A stretch of 64,000 bases of DNA, from positions 49,178,464-49,242,463 of the forward strand of contig NC_043011.1 of the NCBI RefSeq assembly GCF_006345805.1, read 5' to 3'. The translations under genes and the position numbers were made by a program. Below are positions 12,217 through 25,474 of the stretch, piece after piece (position 1 is the stretch's first letter; each line of letters opens with the position of its first letter). The notes beneath the pieces are model-generated. The model ran no database searches, was not told the origin of the DNA, and saw nothing but the letters and a program-made list of their open reading frames with translations. The stretch is from Octopus sinensis (Eukaryota).

Positions 12217-12389
12217 ATTCTCAAACGCAGGATGATGCTAATAATATAGCCTGAACAGGATAAGCTACCCCTATGTTGCAGAAAAAAGTGTTGGCGTCTC
12301 AAAGCTGGCTGCCAACACTTTTTTCTGCAAAATAGGGGTAGCTTATACTGTTCAGGCTATATTATTAGTATTATCCTGCGTTTGAGAAT
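12217..12389. repeat. Long near-perfect palindrome (79-bp arms, 15-nt loop)
   Basis: 12217-12295 pairs with 12311-12389 with four substitutions. Confidence 0.9.
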
Positions 12390-12703
12390 ATATATATATA
12401 TATACCATTACATCGTTGTCATAATTATTTAACATCAGTTTTTTTATTATAGCATGGGTTGGATCAAACCTTTTCATATAATCTGATGGTCTACAGAATT
12501 ACATCATGCTTTATGTCAGCTTTGACATGGTTACTATGGTTGGATACCCTTCCTAACACCAACAACTTTACATTGAGTATTGGCTGGCATTTTCATACCT
12601 CTGACATAAATGAGGTTCTCAAGTAGCTTACAAGACGGTGAAAAGCACGTAAAAGAAAAAGCAGAAAATGGAAACACCCTCTCAATTAAAGTGGTATTTA
12701 AAA

Positions 12704-12908
12704 GGGTGGAGAAGTGATTTTTGATTTGAGATGGTGGAGAAGTGATTGATGATTTGTGAGGGTGGAGAAGTGATTGATGACTTGAGAGGGTGGAGAAGGG
12801 ATTGATGATTTGAGAGGGTGGAGAAGTGATTGATGATTTGTGAGGGTGGAGAAGTGATTGATGACTTGAGAGGGTGGAGAAGGGATTGATGATTTGAGAA
12901 AGTGGAGA
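12704..12908 (+). repeat. 28-bp minisatellite, 7 copies, 3-unit higher-order repeat
   Basis: Unit GGGTGGAGAAGTGATTGATGATTTGAGA. Variants TGTGA / GACTT / GGGATT recur with an 84-bp period. Confidence 0.9.
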
Positions 12909-13474
12909 GATGAGTAAATGTGTGTTTATATAAAGGTGTGTACAATCATATTTAACACGTTTGTGTACACTCAGGCATGGAAGGGCAAACACTGCAGAAT
13001 TTGTCTTTAGAGAAAAAATATTCTCCTTGTAGACAATATGCGTGAACGCAGACATATAATGATACATAATGAATTGTCACCCTTATATTACAACGGCATA
13101 TAGTAGATTTGCTTGCTTGTCTTTTCATGCCTAAGTGTACATCATCATCATCATCAGCAGCAGCAGCATCATTATCATTTAACATCCGTTTTCCATGCTG
13201 CAATGGGGTGGAGGGTTTCATAGGAGCTGGCAAAGCTGGAGAGGTGCATCAGGCTCTAGTTGTCTGTTTTGGCATAGTTTCCACAGATGGATGCCCTTCC
13301 TAACACCAACCAATTGATGGAGTGTCCTGGTGCATGAGTATTTTTTGCATGGTGCCAGCACAAGTGTTTTTTCTGTGCCACTGGTATAGATACCTTTTAC
13401 ATGGTGCCATAGCATTAGCACTGCTTACATGGCACCAGCACAGGTGATTTGTACATGGTGCCAAGCTTGAGTGT

Positions 13475-13760
13475 TGTTGCTGCTTCATGTAGAAATCTAG
13501 GCAAATGGAACCACAATCACCACCGTAATAACAAAGACGAACAATCTTTTAATTTTTCAGAACCATTATTTTCTACTCATACGTAACATTGTGCAGGTGT
13601 ACCGCGTGTATATGCAAATGTATGGTAAGTGTACACCTGCATGATGTTACATATGAGTAGAAAATATATGGTTGCAAAAAATTTAAACCATTGTATGTCT
13701 TTGTTACCATGGTGGGGATTTTGGCTCTGCTTGCCTAGATTTCTACACGAAGCAGCAACA
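13475..13760. mobile_element. Foldback MITE
   Basis: 64-bp imperfect inverted arms 13475-13538 and 13697-13760, plus inner arms ATTTTCTACTCATACGTAACATTGTGCAGGTGTAC / GTACACCTGCATGATGTTACATATGAGTAGAAAAT. Confidence 0.75.
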
Positions 13761-13789
13761 GTAGAAATAAAACTTTGTCAGCTCATCAT

Positions 13790-14140
13790 TCCAGAAGCAG
13801 CAGATATTCAGCCTTCCTGAAGTGCTTTAGATCAACCCTGGCACATGGGAAATGCGAGCACATGGCCACCTTGCATGGTGTAGCTGCACCACTGCACCAA
13901 CAGAGGTGCCTCTGCCTAAAAACAGAATAGAATTGCAAGGACACACACAAAGAAACCCTGAGTTGTGCTAGTGCAGAACCAGCTCCTTGCCCTCATTCCC
14001 TGCAGGCCACCGGTACTCAACATGTGGCAGAATCTTCCAAGCATGCATTGGCATGATCGGCCACACCCAGATGCATTGTGACCCATCTTCTTCCCCCAAG
14101 TGATATCTTTGGTCATTGTAGACAAAAGCAGACAGATGTA
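13790..14140 (+). mobile_element. RTE-clade LINE 3' end (BovB-like terminal zinc finger)
   Basis: STCGRIFQACIGMIGHTQMHCDPSSSPK* fits the C-terminal CxxCGRxFxARIGLxxHxxxH motif of RTE ORFs. Confidence 0.65.
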
Positions 14141-14414
14141 TAAATATATTGTTTTTTGGATGCAGATAAAGCTATAAACAATAGCATATGAATATTAGGT
14201 TAATAACTTCCCTTCGGGTAGAAAATGCTAGAGGCTGCCCAATATTTACAAGGGTGTTTGTAGCTTTATCAACTTCGAGATTCAGCATTTCCATAAATGA
14301 TTAGTTTACAACCTTGAACTTTCTAAATTGCTATGACCTTACACATACGTGTGTGAGTGTGCATGAGCATCTGTGTGTCTGCGTGTGTATGTGTATATTT
14401 TTATATATATATAC

Positions 14415-14457
<43 letters not shown>

Positions 14458-14557
14458 CATATATATATATATACACACACATATATATATGTATATACAT
14501 ATATACACATACATATACAAATGTATATGTACAATTATACGTACATAGTGTGTATGT

Positions 14558-14603
<46 letters not shown>

Positions 14604-14674
14604 GAATGTGTATACATATATATATGCATATGTGTGCATATATATATTTACATATAAGTGCATACATATATTTA

Positions 14675-14718
<44 letters not shown>

Positions 14719-14919
14719 TATATATACAGGCATATATGTGTGTGTGTATTGAAGTCTATACATATATATATGCATATATCATTTATTGTCCTATAAACAC
14801 ATACAACCAATACAACCAAGAAACTTATAACTTAACAGAACTACCATTTACCAAATATATGATATAAAATAAAATAAAAATTCATACACAATAACTGGCA
14901 GTCTGTGATTTATTCTCAG

Positions 14920-15042
14920 ATCTAAGCTTAAGCCATTCTTCCACATGCCTCTGTTCTATCCATGATGAGGTGTTCTTTGAATGATGCTGCCTTTTGCTAT
15001 TTAGTATTCTGTTGTCTCCCTTTCATGTCCCCTGCTGGTCAG
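14920..15042 (+). CDS. Candidate first coding exon (ATG 14962; MMRCSLNDAAFCYLVFCCLPFMSPAGQ)
   Basis: Acceptor gatttattctcag, strong donor CAG|gtaagc, 27 hydrophobic codons ending in phase 0. No downstream exon found. Confidence 0.25.
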
Positions 15043-15208
15043 GTAAGCCTTTGTATTAGAAAGCATTGTGAAAAATTTTATGTTTGCTTAATGTACTCTG
15101 TACTCGAATGAAAAGCCACGATGCTTGGCAGTTACTATGAGGCTTGAATCTATGTATGTATGTATCTATGTATGCTCGTGTGTGTGTGTGGTGTGTGTGT
15201 GTGTGTGT

Positions 15209-15246
<38 letters not shown>

Positions 15247-15513
15247 TGTGTGTATATGCATGCATATGTGGATACATATGTAGATGAAGATAAACACAGA
15301 TATGGATATAAATGCTCACACAAACACACATACAAAGTCATATTTATGATATATGCATGTATACACACACACACACACGCACACACACACACAACATATA
15401 TATATATATATATACACATATATACATATATATATATACATGAATATATATATACGCAAAAATATATATATATACACAAATATACATATATATACATACA
15501 TATATATATACAT

Positions 15514-15554
<41 letters not shown>

Positions 15555-15819
15555 GATATATACATGTATGTATATACATATATATATATATATACACATG
15601 TATATATATATATATATATCTGTGTGTATGTGTGTGTATATATATATATATGTGCAGGAGTGGCTGTGTGGTAAGTAGTTTGCTTCCCAGCCACATGGTT
15701 CCAGGTTCATTTCCACTGCATGGCACTTTGAGCAAGTGTTTTTACTATAGCATCAGGCCAACCAAAGCCTTGTGAGTGGATTTGGTAGATGGAAACTGAA
15801 AGAAGCCCATCGTATATAT

Positions 15820-15867
<48 letters not shown>

Positions 15868-15906
15868 TATATACACATGTATATATCTATATATCTGTGT
15901 GTATGT

Positions 15907-15940
<34 letters not shown>

Positions 15941-15950
<10 letters not shown>

Positions 15951-16180
15951 TATTAGAGACAAAACCACTATTTTGCAAAACAAACAAGGAAAGACTTAAT
16001 CAATACATAAAATTTTATTTATTAAAATTTTATGTATTGATTAAGTCTTTCCTTGTTTGTTTTGCAAAATAGTGGTTTTGTCTCTAATAATATTTTATAA
16101 TATTTTACTATAAAATTGGATTTAATCCTAAATCTGATTTTTTCCCTGTAAATTTGGATTTATTCCCTAATATTTATTAT
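15941..16180. mobile_element. Foldback element, internally deleted copy of the 43.3-kb element
   Basis: Perfect 77-bp arms (15941-16017, 16023-16099), 5-nt loop. Arms and the ~80-bp 3' tail match 43268-43665. Confidence 0.85.
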
Positions 16181-17005
16181 TTATATATATATATATATAT
16201 ATGAGTGTGTGTGTGTAACTTTGTGTCTGTGCATGTGTGTATCTTTGTGAATGTGTTTATTCCTACATCACTACTTGACATCCTGTGTAGATATGCATGT
16301 ACACAAAATTTAGTGGTCTGTCCGAAATAACTGTTTGAATAAGTACTGGGCTTAAAAAATAACTACTGGGCTCAATTCATTCAACTAAACTCTTACAAGG
16401 CAGTGCCCCAGCATGGCCACAGTCTAAGGCCTGAAACAAATAAAAATCAAAGGGCAAAGGATATATATACATAGTGGTTGTCTACTCCTTATGCAGAGTT
16501 TAACCACCTCCTGTACCTACACCTTAGCACCATCATGGCATCTGATGTGGCTTTTTAAACCAGACAATATTCTGAAAAGACACCCATATAGATTGCATAT
16601 CTGATTTGGACCACCAAGAGCTGCAGATAAGTTCTGCTCTTTATCGTTCTTAAAATGTATATATATTTATACAATGCATATATATATATAACCAATACAA
16701 AGAAACAAGCTCCTTTTATAGAGATGTAAAACATCCTATTTTCACTGGTTAACTGTTCAATACCCAATATATAATACTTAGTAGAAAAATTTCTCCAATA
16801 TAAATGGGTATATATACACAATATACAATAATAAAAGGAAAATGGAGAGTTCAAATTGACAAATGTTAATTTATTAGCATAATATTATTATTATAATATA
16901 AAAAGGAATATAATCCCTACAATTGTTTCAATTCAAACCCCAAAACCAACAACAAATTCATATTATGGAAATATTTAGGGTAAGAATCTCATCAGGGTAA
17001 CTGGA

Positions 17006-17403
17006 CACATATGAGAAGTCTTAAAATCACATATGAGAAGTCTTAAAAATCACATATGTGAAGTCTTAAAATCACATATGAGAAGTCTTAAAATCACATA
17101 TGAGAAGTCTTAAAATCACATATGAGAAGTCTTAAAATCACATATGAGAAGTCTTAAAATCGCATATGAGAAGTCTTAAAATCACATATGAGAAGTCTTA
17201 AAAATCACATATGTGAAATTTTAAAATCACATATGAGAAGTCTTAAAATCACATATGAGAAGTCTTAAAATCACATATGAGAAGTCTTAAAATCGCATAT
17301 GAGAAGTCTTAAAATCACATATGAGAAGTCTTAAAAATCACATATTTGAAGTTTTAAAATCACATATGAGAAGTCTTAAAATCACATATGAAAAGTCTTA
17401 AAT
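17006..17403 (+). repeat. 22-bp minisatellite, 18 copies, 6-unit higher-order repeat
   Basis: Unit CACATATGAGAAGTCTTAAAAT. CGC variants at 17161 and 17294, and 23-bp units at 17183 and 17316, give a 133-bp period. Confidence 0.95.
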
Positions 17404-17424
17404 CGTAAAACAGATATAGCTGAT

Positions 17425-17707
17425 TCACGATGTCCTCCTTCCACCTCCACTACACAGCTGGCACAAATGCAAGGGGGGGCAGCTGAAGACCTGGGCAAGG
17501 ACGATAAAGGAGGACGTCTCCGAACTCTCAGGTCCGCAGGTGGTCGGTCTGCGCAGATGGAACCGCGAATGGCTCGCTATCTCCAGTGACCTCGCACAGG
17601 ACCGTCAAACGTGGGCCGTCATGGTTTGTGATGCCGTTAGGACCAGGGAAGAAGCCAGCTCAACTTGCCCTGGGTGAATGCCGTCCCAAGTACAAGTAAG
17701 TAAGTAA
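17425..17707 (+). mobile_element. RTE-clade LINE 3' end
   Basis: HSWHKCKGGQLKTWARTIKEDVSELSGPQVVGLRRWNREWLAISSDLAQDRQTWAVMVCDAV... (stop 17675-77), then a short-repeat tail CAAGTAAGTAAGTAA typical of RTE. Confidence 0.75.
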
Positions 17708-19034
17708 TCAATATATGTTTATGTTTGTGTGAGCGTCAATAATTTAATTTTTTTTTAAATAATAAATAAAATAAAATGAAATAAAAGTAAAACTAATATA
17801 ATGGTTATAAAATATGTGCAGGCATATTTAAGAATATTAATTGAAGTACATTTCTGTACTTTAGTATTTTAAAACAGAAATAATTCAGTATTAATATATT
17901 GTAAAGCAGTAAATATTGACTTCCAGTTCTATACTATTTAGAGAATTACACCATACACAAAAAAATTTTTCCAAGAAAATATCTTTTATCCAAACCACCC
18001 AACACCAAATAATATTATAATGAATTTTATAAATTATTTTATAGTCATTCAATCAAAAGTTACTTAGCTTTTTAAGAAAGGAAGTAAACTCATGTAAATA
18101 AATTATGTCTAAGTATTTATATGTTCAAAAGAAATAGAAGAACTGCAAGATACTTATACATAATATATTTGGGTTTGAATCTTAACAGTTGTAAGCATTA
18201 TATTTATTTTTATGTAATAGTAATAATATAATATTATGTTAATAAATCAACATACCTCAATTTGAATTCTCTATTTTGCTTTTATTACTGTATATCATCA
18301 TCATCATCATCATTGTCGTCATTTAACATCTGCTCTCCATGCTGGTATGAGTTGGATGGTTTGACAGGAGCTGGCAAGGCTGGAGGGCTGCACCAGGCTC
18401 CATTGGCTTTTCTACCATGGTTTCTATGGCTCAGTGCACGTCCTGGTGCCAAATATTTTACAGAGTGTACAGGGTGCTTTTTACATAGCAGTAGCACCAG
18501 TTAGTGGAGGCACATGGCCTAGTGGTTAGAGCAGTGGACTTGCGGTCGAGGGATCATGGGTTTGAATCTCAGACCGGGCGATGTGTGTGTTTATGAGCGA
18601 AACACCTAAGCTCCACGTGGCTTTGGTAGAAGGTAATGGGGAACTTCTGCTGACTCTTTTGCCACAAATTTCTCTCACTCTTTCCTCCTGCATCTTGCAG
18701 CTCACCTGCGATGATTGGTGTCCCGTCCAGCTAGGGAACCTATACGCCAAGGTAACCGGGAAACTGGCCCTATGAGCCAGGCATGGCTTGAGAAGGAACA
18801 AACAACAAAACAGCACCAGTTAAAAGCACTGGTGCTAGTGCCACATATATATCTGTGTGAGTGAGTGTGTGTGTGTATTTAATAGATATTTGTATATATA
18901 TATATATATATATCGATAGATAGATACATTGGTTAGTAGAGGGAGAAAGAAAGAAATTTAAGGCCACCATAGAGACCAAACTTACAAAGCTATATTTCTT
19001 GGACATTACACTTAATTTACATCCAAGTTCACAC

Positions 19035-19200
19035 AGTCTCTACTGCAAACCTAATGAAGGGCTATTGCACATCAACACAGTCTCCTGCCCCAACCAATAG
19101 TCTTTAAAATCCTTGCAAAATACGTCAGTAAGAGGATTTTGAACCTATCTTCAAACAAAGATGCTTTTGATGCAGTGACGCCATATTACTATCAGCTCCA
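19035..19200 (+). mobile_element. Penelope-like element fragment (RT C-terminal region)
   Basis: VFKILAKYVSKRILNLSSNKDAFDAVTPYY resembles the PLE ..SISKRISxLSSxxxxFxxAxPYY segment. Confidence 0.5.
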
Positions 19201-19646
19201 GGCAGTCAAAGAGGTTAAAGAATGCATTACTTAATGTACATGGCACTAATAATCACATGGTAAAGTACCACAGTTTAAAAGCACACCATATGATGTAAGA
19301 CTGATGATGCGCCATGCTACTGTTTAAAACGGCAAATATTATGTCACTTTTCATATGGGGTGGTGCAGAAACAGCTGTAATTGGTCGTTAAAGAGTTGGT
19401 TAACTCTTTCATTGTCTTTTTATTTAGATTATGTGTATACATACATATGTCTATCTATCAATCTCTCTCTCTCTCTCTCTAAACATACATATATATATAT
19501 ATACATATATATATATCCATTTAAATATACAGCCAAAAGAGTTACTAATAGCTTCATATTATTATGATACTTGAACAAGCATATTTAGATATTTAGAAAA
19601 CACGCCTTGTATCTTAAGGCAATCTTTCAAGCCTCTGTTTATGCAT

Positions 19647-19679
<33 letters not shown>

Positions 19680-20939
19680 TTTTTTACTCTTTTACTTGTT
19701 TCAGTCATTTGACTGCGGCCATGCTGGAGCACCGCCTTTAGTCGAGCAAATCGACCCCGAGACTTATTCTTTGTAAGCCCAGTACTTATTCTATCGGTCT
19801 CTTTTGCCGAACCGCTAAGTGACAGGGACGTAAACACACCAGCATCGGTTGTCAAGCAATGCTATGGGGACAAATACAGACACACAAACACACACACGCA
19901 TACATATATATATATATATCATATATACGACGGGCTTCTTTCAGTTTCTGTCTACCAAATCTGCTCACAAGGCTTTGGTCAGCCCGAGGCTATAGTAGAA
20001 GACACTTGCCCAAGGTGCCACGCAATGGGACTGAACCTGGAACCATGTGGTTGGTTAGCAAGCTACTTACCACACAGCCACTCCTGCGCAGAGAGAGAGA
20101 GAGAAAGTGAGATAAAGAAATAGGCACAGGTGTGGCTGTGTGGTAAGAAGTTTGTTCTGCAGTCACATAGTTCCAGGTTCACTCCCACTGCATGACCAAA
20201 GCCTTGTGAGTGGATTTGGTAGACAGAAACTGAAAGAAGCCCCCCCCCCACACACACACGTGCACATACATATATCTATCTATTTATATATATATATCTT
20301 TACTACCCACAAGGGGCTAAACACAGAGGGAACAAACAAGGACAGACAAACGGATTAAGTCGATTAGATTGACCCCAGTGCGTAACTCGTACTTAATTTA
20401 TTGACCCCGAAAGGATGAAAGGCAAAGTCGACTTCGGCGGAATTTGAACCCAGAACGTAATGGCAGACGAAATACGGCTGCGCATTTCGCCCGGCGTGCT
20501 AATGTTTCTGCCAACGATATATACATTTATATATATGTGTGCGTTTCTTCTCTTCCCTCCTTTCCATCATTCTTTTCTTTTTCTTTCCTCATTTTTTTTT
20601 TCTGATAAGGGACTTTATGTTCAAAATATCGAACCTCATTCCTTTTCCTTTCCAAGCATGAAACCAATAATAACTTTGTGTTATCTTGTCCTTTTCATCA
20701 TCATCATCATCATCATCATCATCGTTTAACGTCTGCTTTCCATGCTAGCATGGGTTGGACGATTTGACTGAGCACTGGCAAACCAGATGGCTTCTACAGT
20801 CGGATGCCCTTCCTAACGCCAACCACTCTGAGACTGTAGTGGGTGCTATTATGTGCCATCAGCACTGGCAACAGCCTCGCTCAAATGTTTTTATATTAAG
20901 TCTTTTCTTGATCTAGCTCATTCATCATTCATTCATTCA

Positions 20940-21261
20940 TTCCTACATACATACACACATGCATACATACATACATACATACATACATACATACATTACA
21001 TGCATACATTACATACATACATTACATACATACATTACATGCATACATATGTATATATATACATACGTACGTACGTACATACATACATACATACATACAT
21101 AATACATACATACATGCGTACGTACATACATACATACATGCATACATACATATGTACGTACATACATACATACATACATTACATACATACATTACATATA
21201 TACATACACACACACATACACACATACATACATACATTACATGCATACATACATACATACA

Positions 21262-21292
<31 letters not shown>

Positions 21293-21966
21293 GTACATAG
21301 ATACATACATTACATACACACGTACATACATACATACATACATACATACATACATACATACATACATACATTACATACATACATACGTACATACATACAT
21401 ATATACATACATACATGCATGCATGCATACATACATACATACATACATTACATACATACATTACATACGTATGTACATACATACATACATACATACATAT
21501 ATACATGCAGACATATATACATACATACATACATACATACAATACATACATACATTACATACGTACGTACATACATACATTACATACAATACATACATAC
21601 ATACATTACATACATACATACGTACATACATACATACGTACATACATACATACATACATACATAGCACACACACACACACATACACACATACATACATAC
21701 ATACACACATACACACATACATACATACATACATACATACATATGTACATACATACATTCACACACACACAGACACACACACATACATACATACATACAT
21801 TACATACGTACATACATACATACATACATACATACATACATACACACATACATACATACATACATATATACATATATACACATACATACATACATACATA
21901 CATACACACACACATACATACATACATACATACATAGATACATACATACATACATACATACATACA

Positions 21967-21996
<30 letters not shown>
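20940..21996 (+). repeat. ~1.05-kb (TACA)n microsatellite
   Basis: Direct read; accounts for all YIHT/YVCM ORFs here. Confidence 0.95.
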
Positions 21997-21999
<3 letters not shown>

Positions 22000-24113
22000 G
22001 ATATTTTGTCCTTGTCACACTCACTGCTATCTGTAAGAATTCTCCATAGAAAACTTTCACTTCTTATATATGAAACCATACATATTACCGTTTCCTCCCT
22101 ATTTCCCTATTGCTCGTTATCATAACTATGTTGACTGCTAATTACTTTTGTTATGTGGGGGGTTTCAGGAAGGAGGACAGGTTAGGACAGGTGGGTGTTC
22201 AGTGTGTCAGTGTTGTAAGGGAGGAGATGAAGGTGTAAGAAGGAAACAGGAAGAGTAAGCTAGAGAGATAGAGAGAAGAGAGAGAGAGAGAGAGAGAGTA
22301 TGAGGGTGAGATAGATATATATATATATATATGTATGCAACAAACTCAACAACAACAACAACAACAACAATATATAATTCTTAATATGAAAATAGCAATA
22401 ACTACAACAACAGAAATAATAGTTCCGGTGCTGTTGTTGCTGTTGTTGTTGTTGTTGTTTTTAAATAATTAAAGTTTAATTAGTGGAAGATTTAAAGCAA
22501 ATAATAATTAAATTATCTGTAATTACTAACATCACTGTAATCATCATCAATTTTCTCCTCTCCCCCCTTCCTCCTCTTCTTCATCATCATCATCATCATT
22601 CTCATCGTCACATCAGTGTTTTCATCGTCATCATCATCATTGTCGTAATCGTCATCATCTTTGTAATCATCATCATTCTCATTGTCATCATTGTCATCAT
22701 CGTCATCTTCCTCATCACCATCATCGTCGTTGTCGTCACCAACATTAGTATCACTATCATCGCTTTCATCATCGTTATCTCCATTATCCATTCATTATAA
22801 TATTCTTGTTATAGTCAAAATCATTAACTTTTTCCTCTTCTTCATCTTCATCATCATGATACTTCTGTTGTCACATACATATCATCAAAAACCAACGAAG
22901 GAACCCCCACACATTCTGAAATACCATTAACCCTTTCTGATAAGTATGAATTCTGTTAAAATACACCGATTTTATTCCAATTAATTTTAATATCAGAAAG
23001 AAAGAATTTAGCAATATAACTTTGCCATTATTAATGAGATGCCAATGTGGTGAGCTGGCAGAATTGTCAGCACCCCAGACAAGGAGCTTAATAACATTTC
23101 TTTAAACTTGGTGTTCTGGTTTCAAATATTATTTTCTTTTATATACCCAGGTCTACTCATCTTTTGGGGAGTAGGTGGCCACAACAAGGCACACACCAAG
23201 CATTATTCTATTCATTTCCCGGCTCAAAGAGGCGAGCCCCATTCTATTCTCAGGTCAAGGCATAGGACAGAACACAATTCTCGATATCAGCAGTGGGGCC
23301 CAACAGCATATGCTGGTTTACTCCTGCCACATCATGCTGGTTCCATAGCCCTCCCTTTGAGCAACATCAAATTCACTCATCCATCCACAAACACTGTCCC
23401 AGCTTTCTATCATTTATAAACTCCTTTTCAAATATTCTTTTCTACTCTAGGTACCAGTTAACTAGATCGACTCCAGTACGCAACTGGTACTTAATTTATT
23501 GGCCCTGAAAGGATGAAAGGCAAAATCGACCTCGGCGGAATTTGAACTCAGAACGTAAAGACAGATGAAATACTTATTTCTTTATTGCCTACAAGGGGCT
23601 AAACACAGAGAGGACAAACAAGGACAGACAAACGGATTAAGTTGATCATATCAACCACAGTGCGTAACTGGTACTTTATTTATCGACCCCAAAAGATGAA
23701 AGGCAAAGTCAACCTCGGCGGAATTTGAACTCAGAACATAAGGACAGATGAAATACCGCTAAGCATTTCTCTTGGCGTGCTAACGATTCTGCCAGCTTGC
23801 CTCTTTTCAAATATTAGCCTTCCATCAGTGCAGGGTCAATATAATAAATATCTTGCCACCACTACCACCAACAATAACAACCACTAAAATTGCTGGCCTT
23901 GTGCCAAAATTTGAGCACTCTTTGCTGATAGTATACTGGATAAAATATACTTTTAAGAATATTGTCTGGCTTTATGTTCCAAGTTCAAATTCCACCCCGG
24001 TCGAGTCTGCCTTTCATCCTTTCAGGACCAATGGACTAAGTACTAGCTGAGCACTGAGGTCAATGCAAATGACTATCCCCCTCCCCCACCCAAATTTTAG
24101 GCTTTGTGCTTGC

Positions 24114-24147
<34 letters not shown>

Positions 24148-25441
24148 TGAGGAGGAGGACGAAGAAGAAAGGTATAATTTTTAGAGTGTTGGGCCAAGTT
24201 ATTTGCAGTATTTGTTCCAGTTCTTTATGTTCTGAGTTCAAATCCTACCAAAGCCAGCTTTGCCTTTCACGATTTTTGGGGTCAATAAAATAAAGTATCA
24301 TTCAAATACTGGGGTCACTGTAATTGTCTAGGCCCCTCTCCTATAGTTCAATCCTTCTGCTTATATTAGAAATATGGTGCTACAGGCCATAGAGTACTGG
24401 ATAAAACATATAGCTTCATCACTCTCAGATCCTAAGTTCAAACTCCACTCTCTCTTTCTCTCTCTTTCTATTTCTTTCTTTCTCTCTGTCTCTCTTTTAT
24501 CCTCTCTCTCCTGCTTTCTTTCCTTTTCTTTCTCTCTCTTTTTCCACCTCACCTTTCTTTCTCTCTCGTTATCTCCCTCTTCTCTCTCTCTCTCCTTCTC
24601 TCTTTCTCCCCTCTCTCTTCCTCTCTTTGCTCTTTCCTCTCTCACCTCTCTCCCTTTCTCTCCCTTTCTCTTCCTCTCTCTTTCTTTTTCTCTCCCCTCC
24701 CCCTTTCTTTCTCTCTCATCTGTTCCTCTCTCACACTCCTAATCCTTCTCTGCATTTCCAATTCTTCCTTTCTCACCTGTAATTCGTTACCATAGGATTA
24801 TCACCATGACAACTGCCATCAACACCCACATCTACTACAACACATACCACCACCAACTACATTTATACTTCTGCTACAATAACCACCAAATCCCAACCAC
24901 CACGATCGCCACAAACACCACCACCATCACCCTTTTCACAACAACTCCCACTGTCACACCTATTACCACCACGCCTACTGTACCAAAACCACCAGCACCA
25001 ACACTCTTGTCACCACAGCCACCTACAAGCTTTATGACCACCACTTATTGCCAAACAGCATCACAGTGATCCTCACCATAGTAACCATGTTGTATACCAC
25101 AATCAGCACCACCACCAACATCATTTCTAGTACATGAAACACCATAACCTCTCAGAACTAGCACCAGCACCACATGCACCCCACCACCACCATCGCCGCC
25201 ACCACCACCACTGTCACACCTGAGAATATATATTACTGTAATATTCCTACCTCGACTATTATTCTGTCATAATAAACTCAGGTGATATATAATATAATTA
25301 TCACATCCAATTAACTTAACTGGAGAATAGGTGTACAAGTGAGTTTATGTACATATATACAGATACACACAAAAGCACATATACATATTAACATACATGC
25401 ATATGCAAACATACACACACATGCGCACACACACATATATA

Positions 25442-25474
<33 letters not shown>

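Noticed and set aside
13561-13624. Exon-like segment with a strong acceptor and ATG|gtaagt donor
   Set aside because: It falls inside one arm and the centre of a foldback MITE (13475-13760).
17006-17403. CRISPR-like regular repeat
   Set aside because: Units are directly adjacent with no unique spacers; eukaryotic context.
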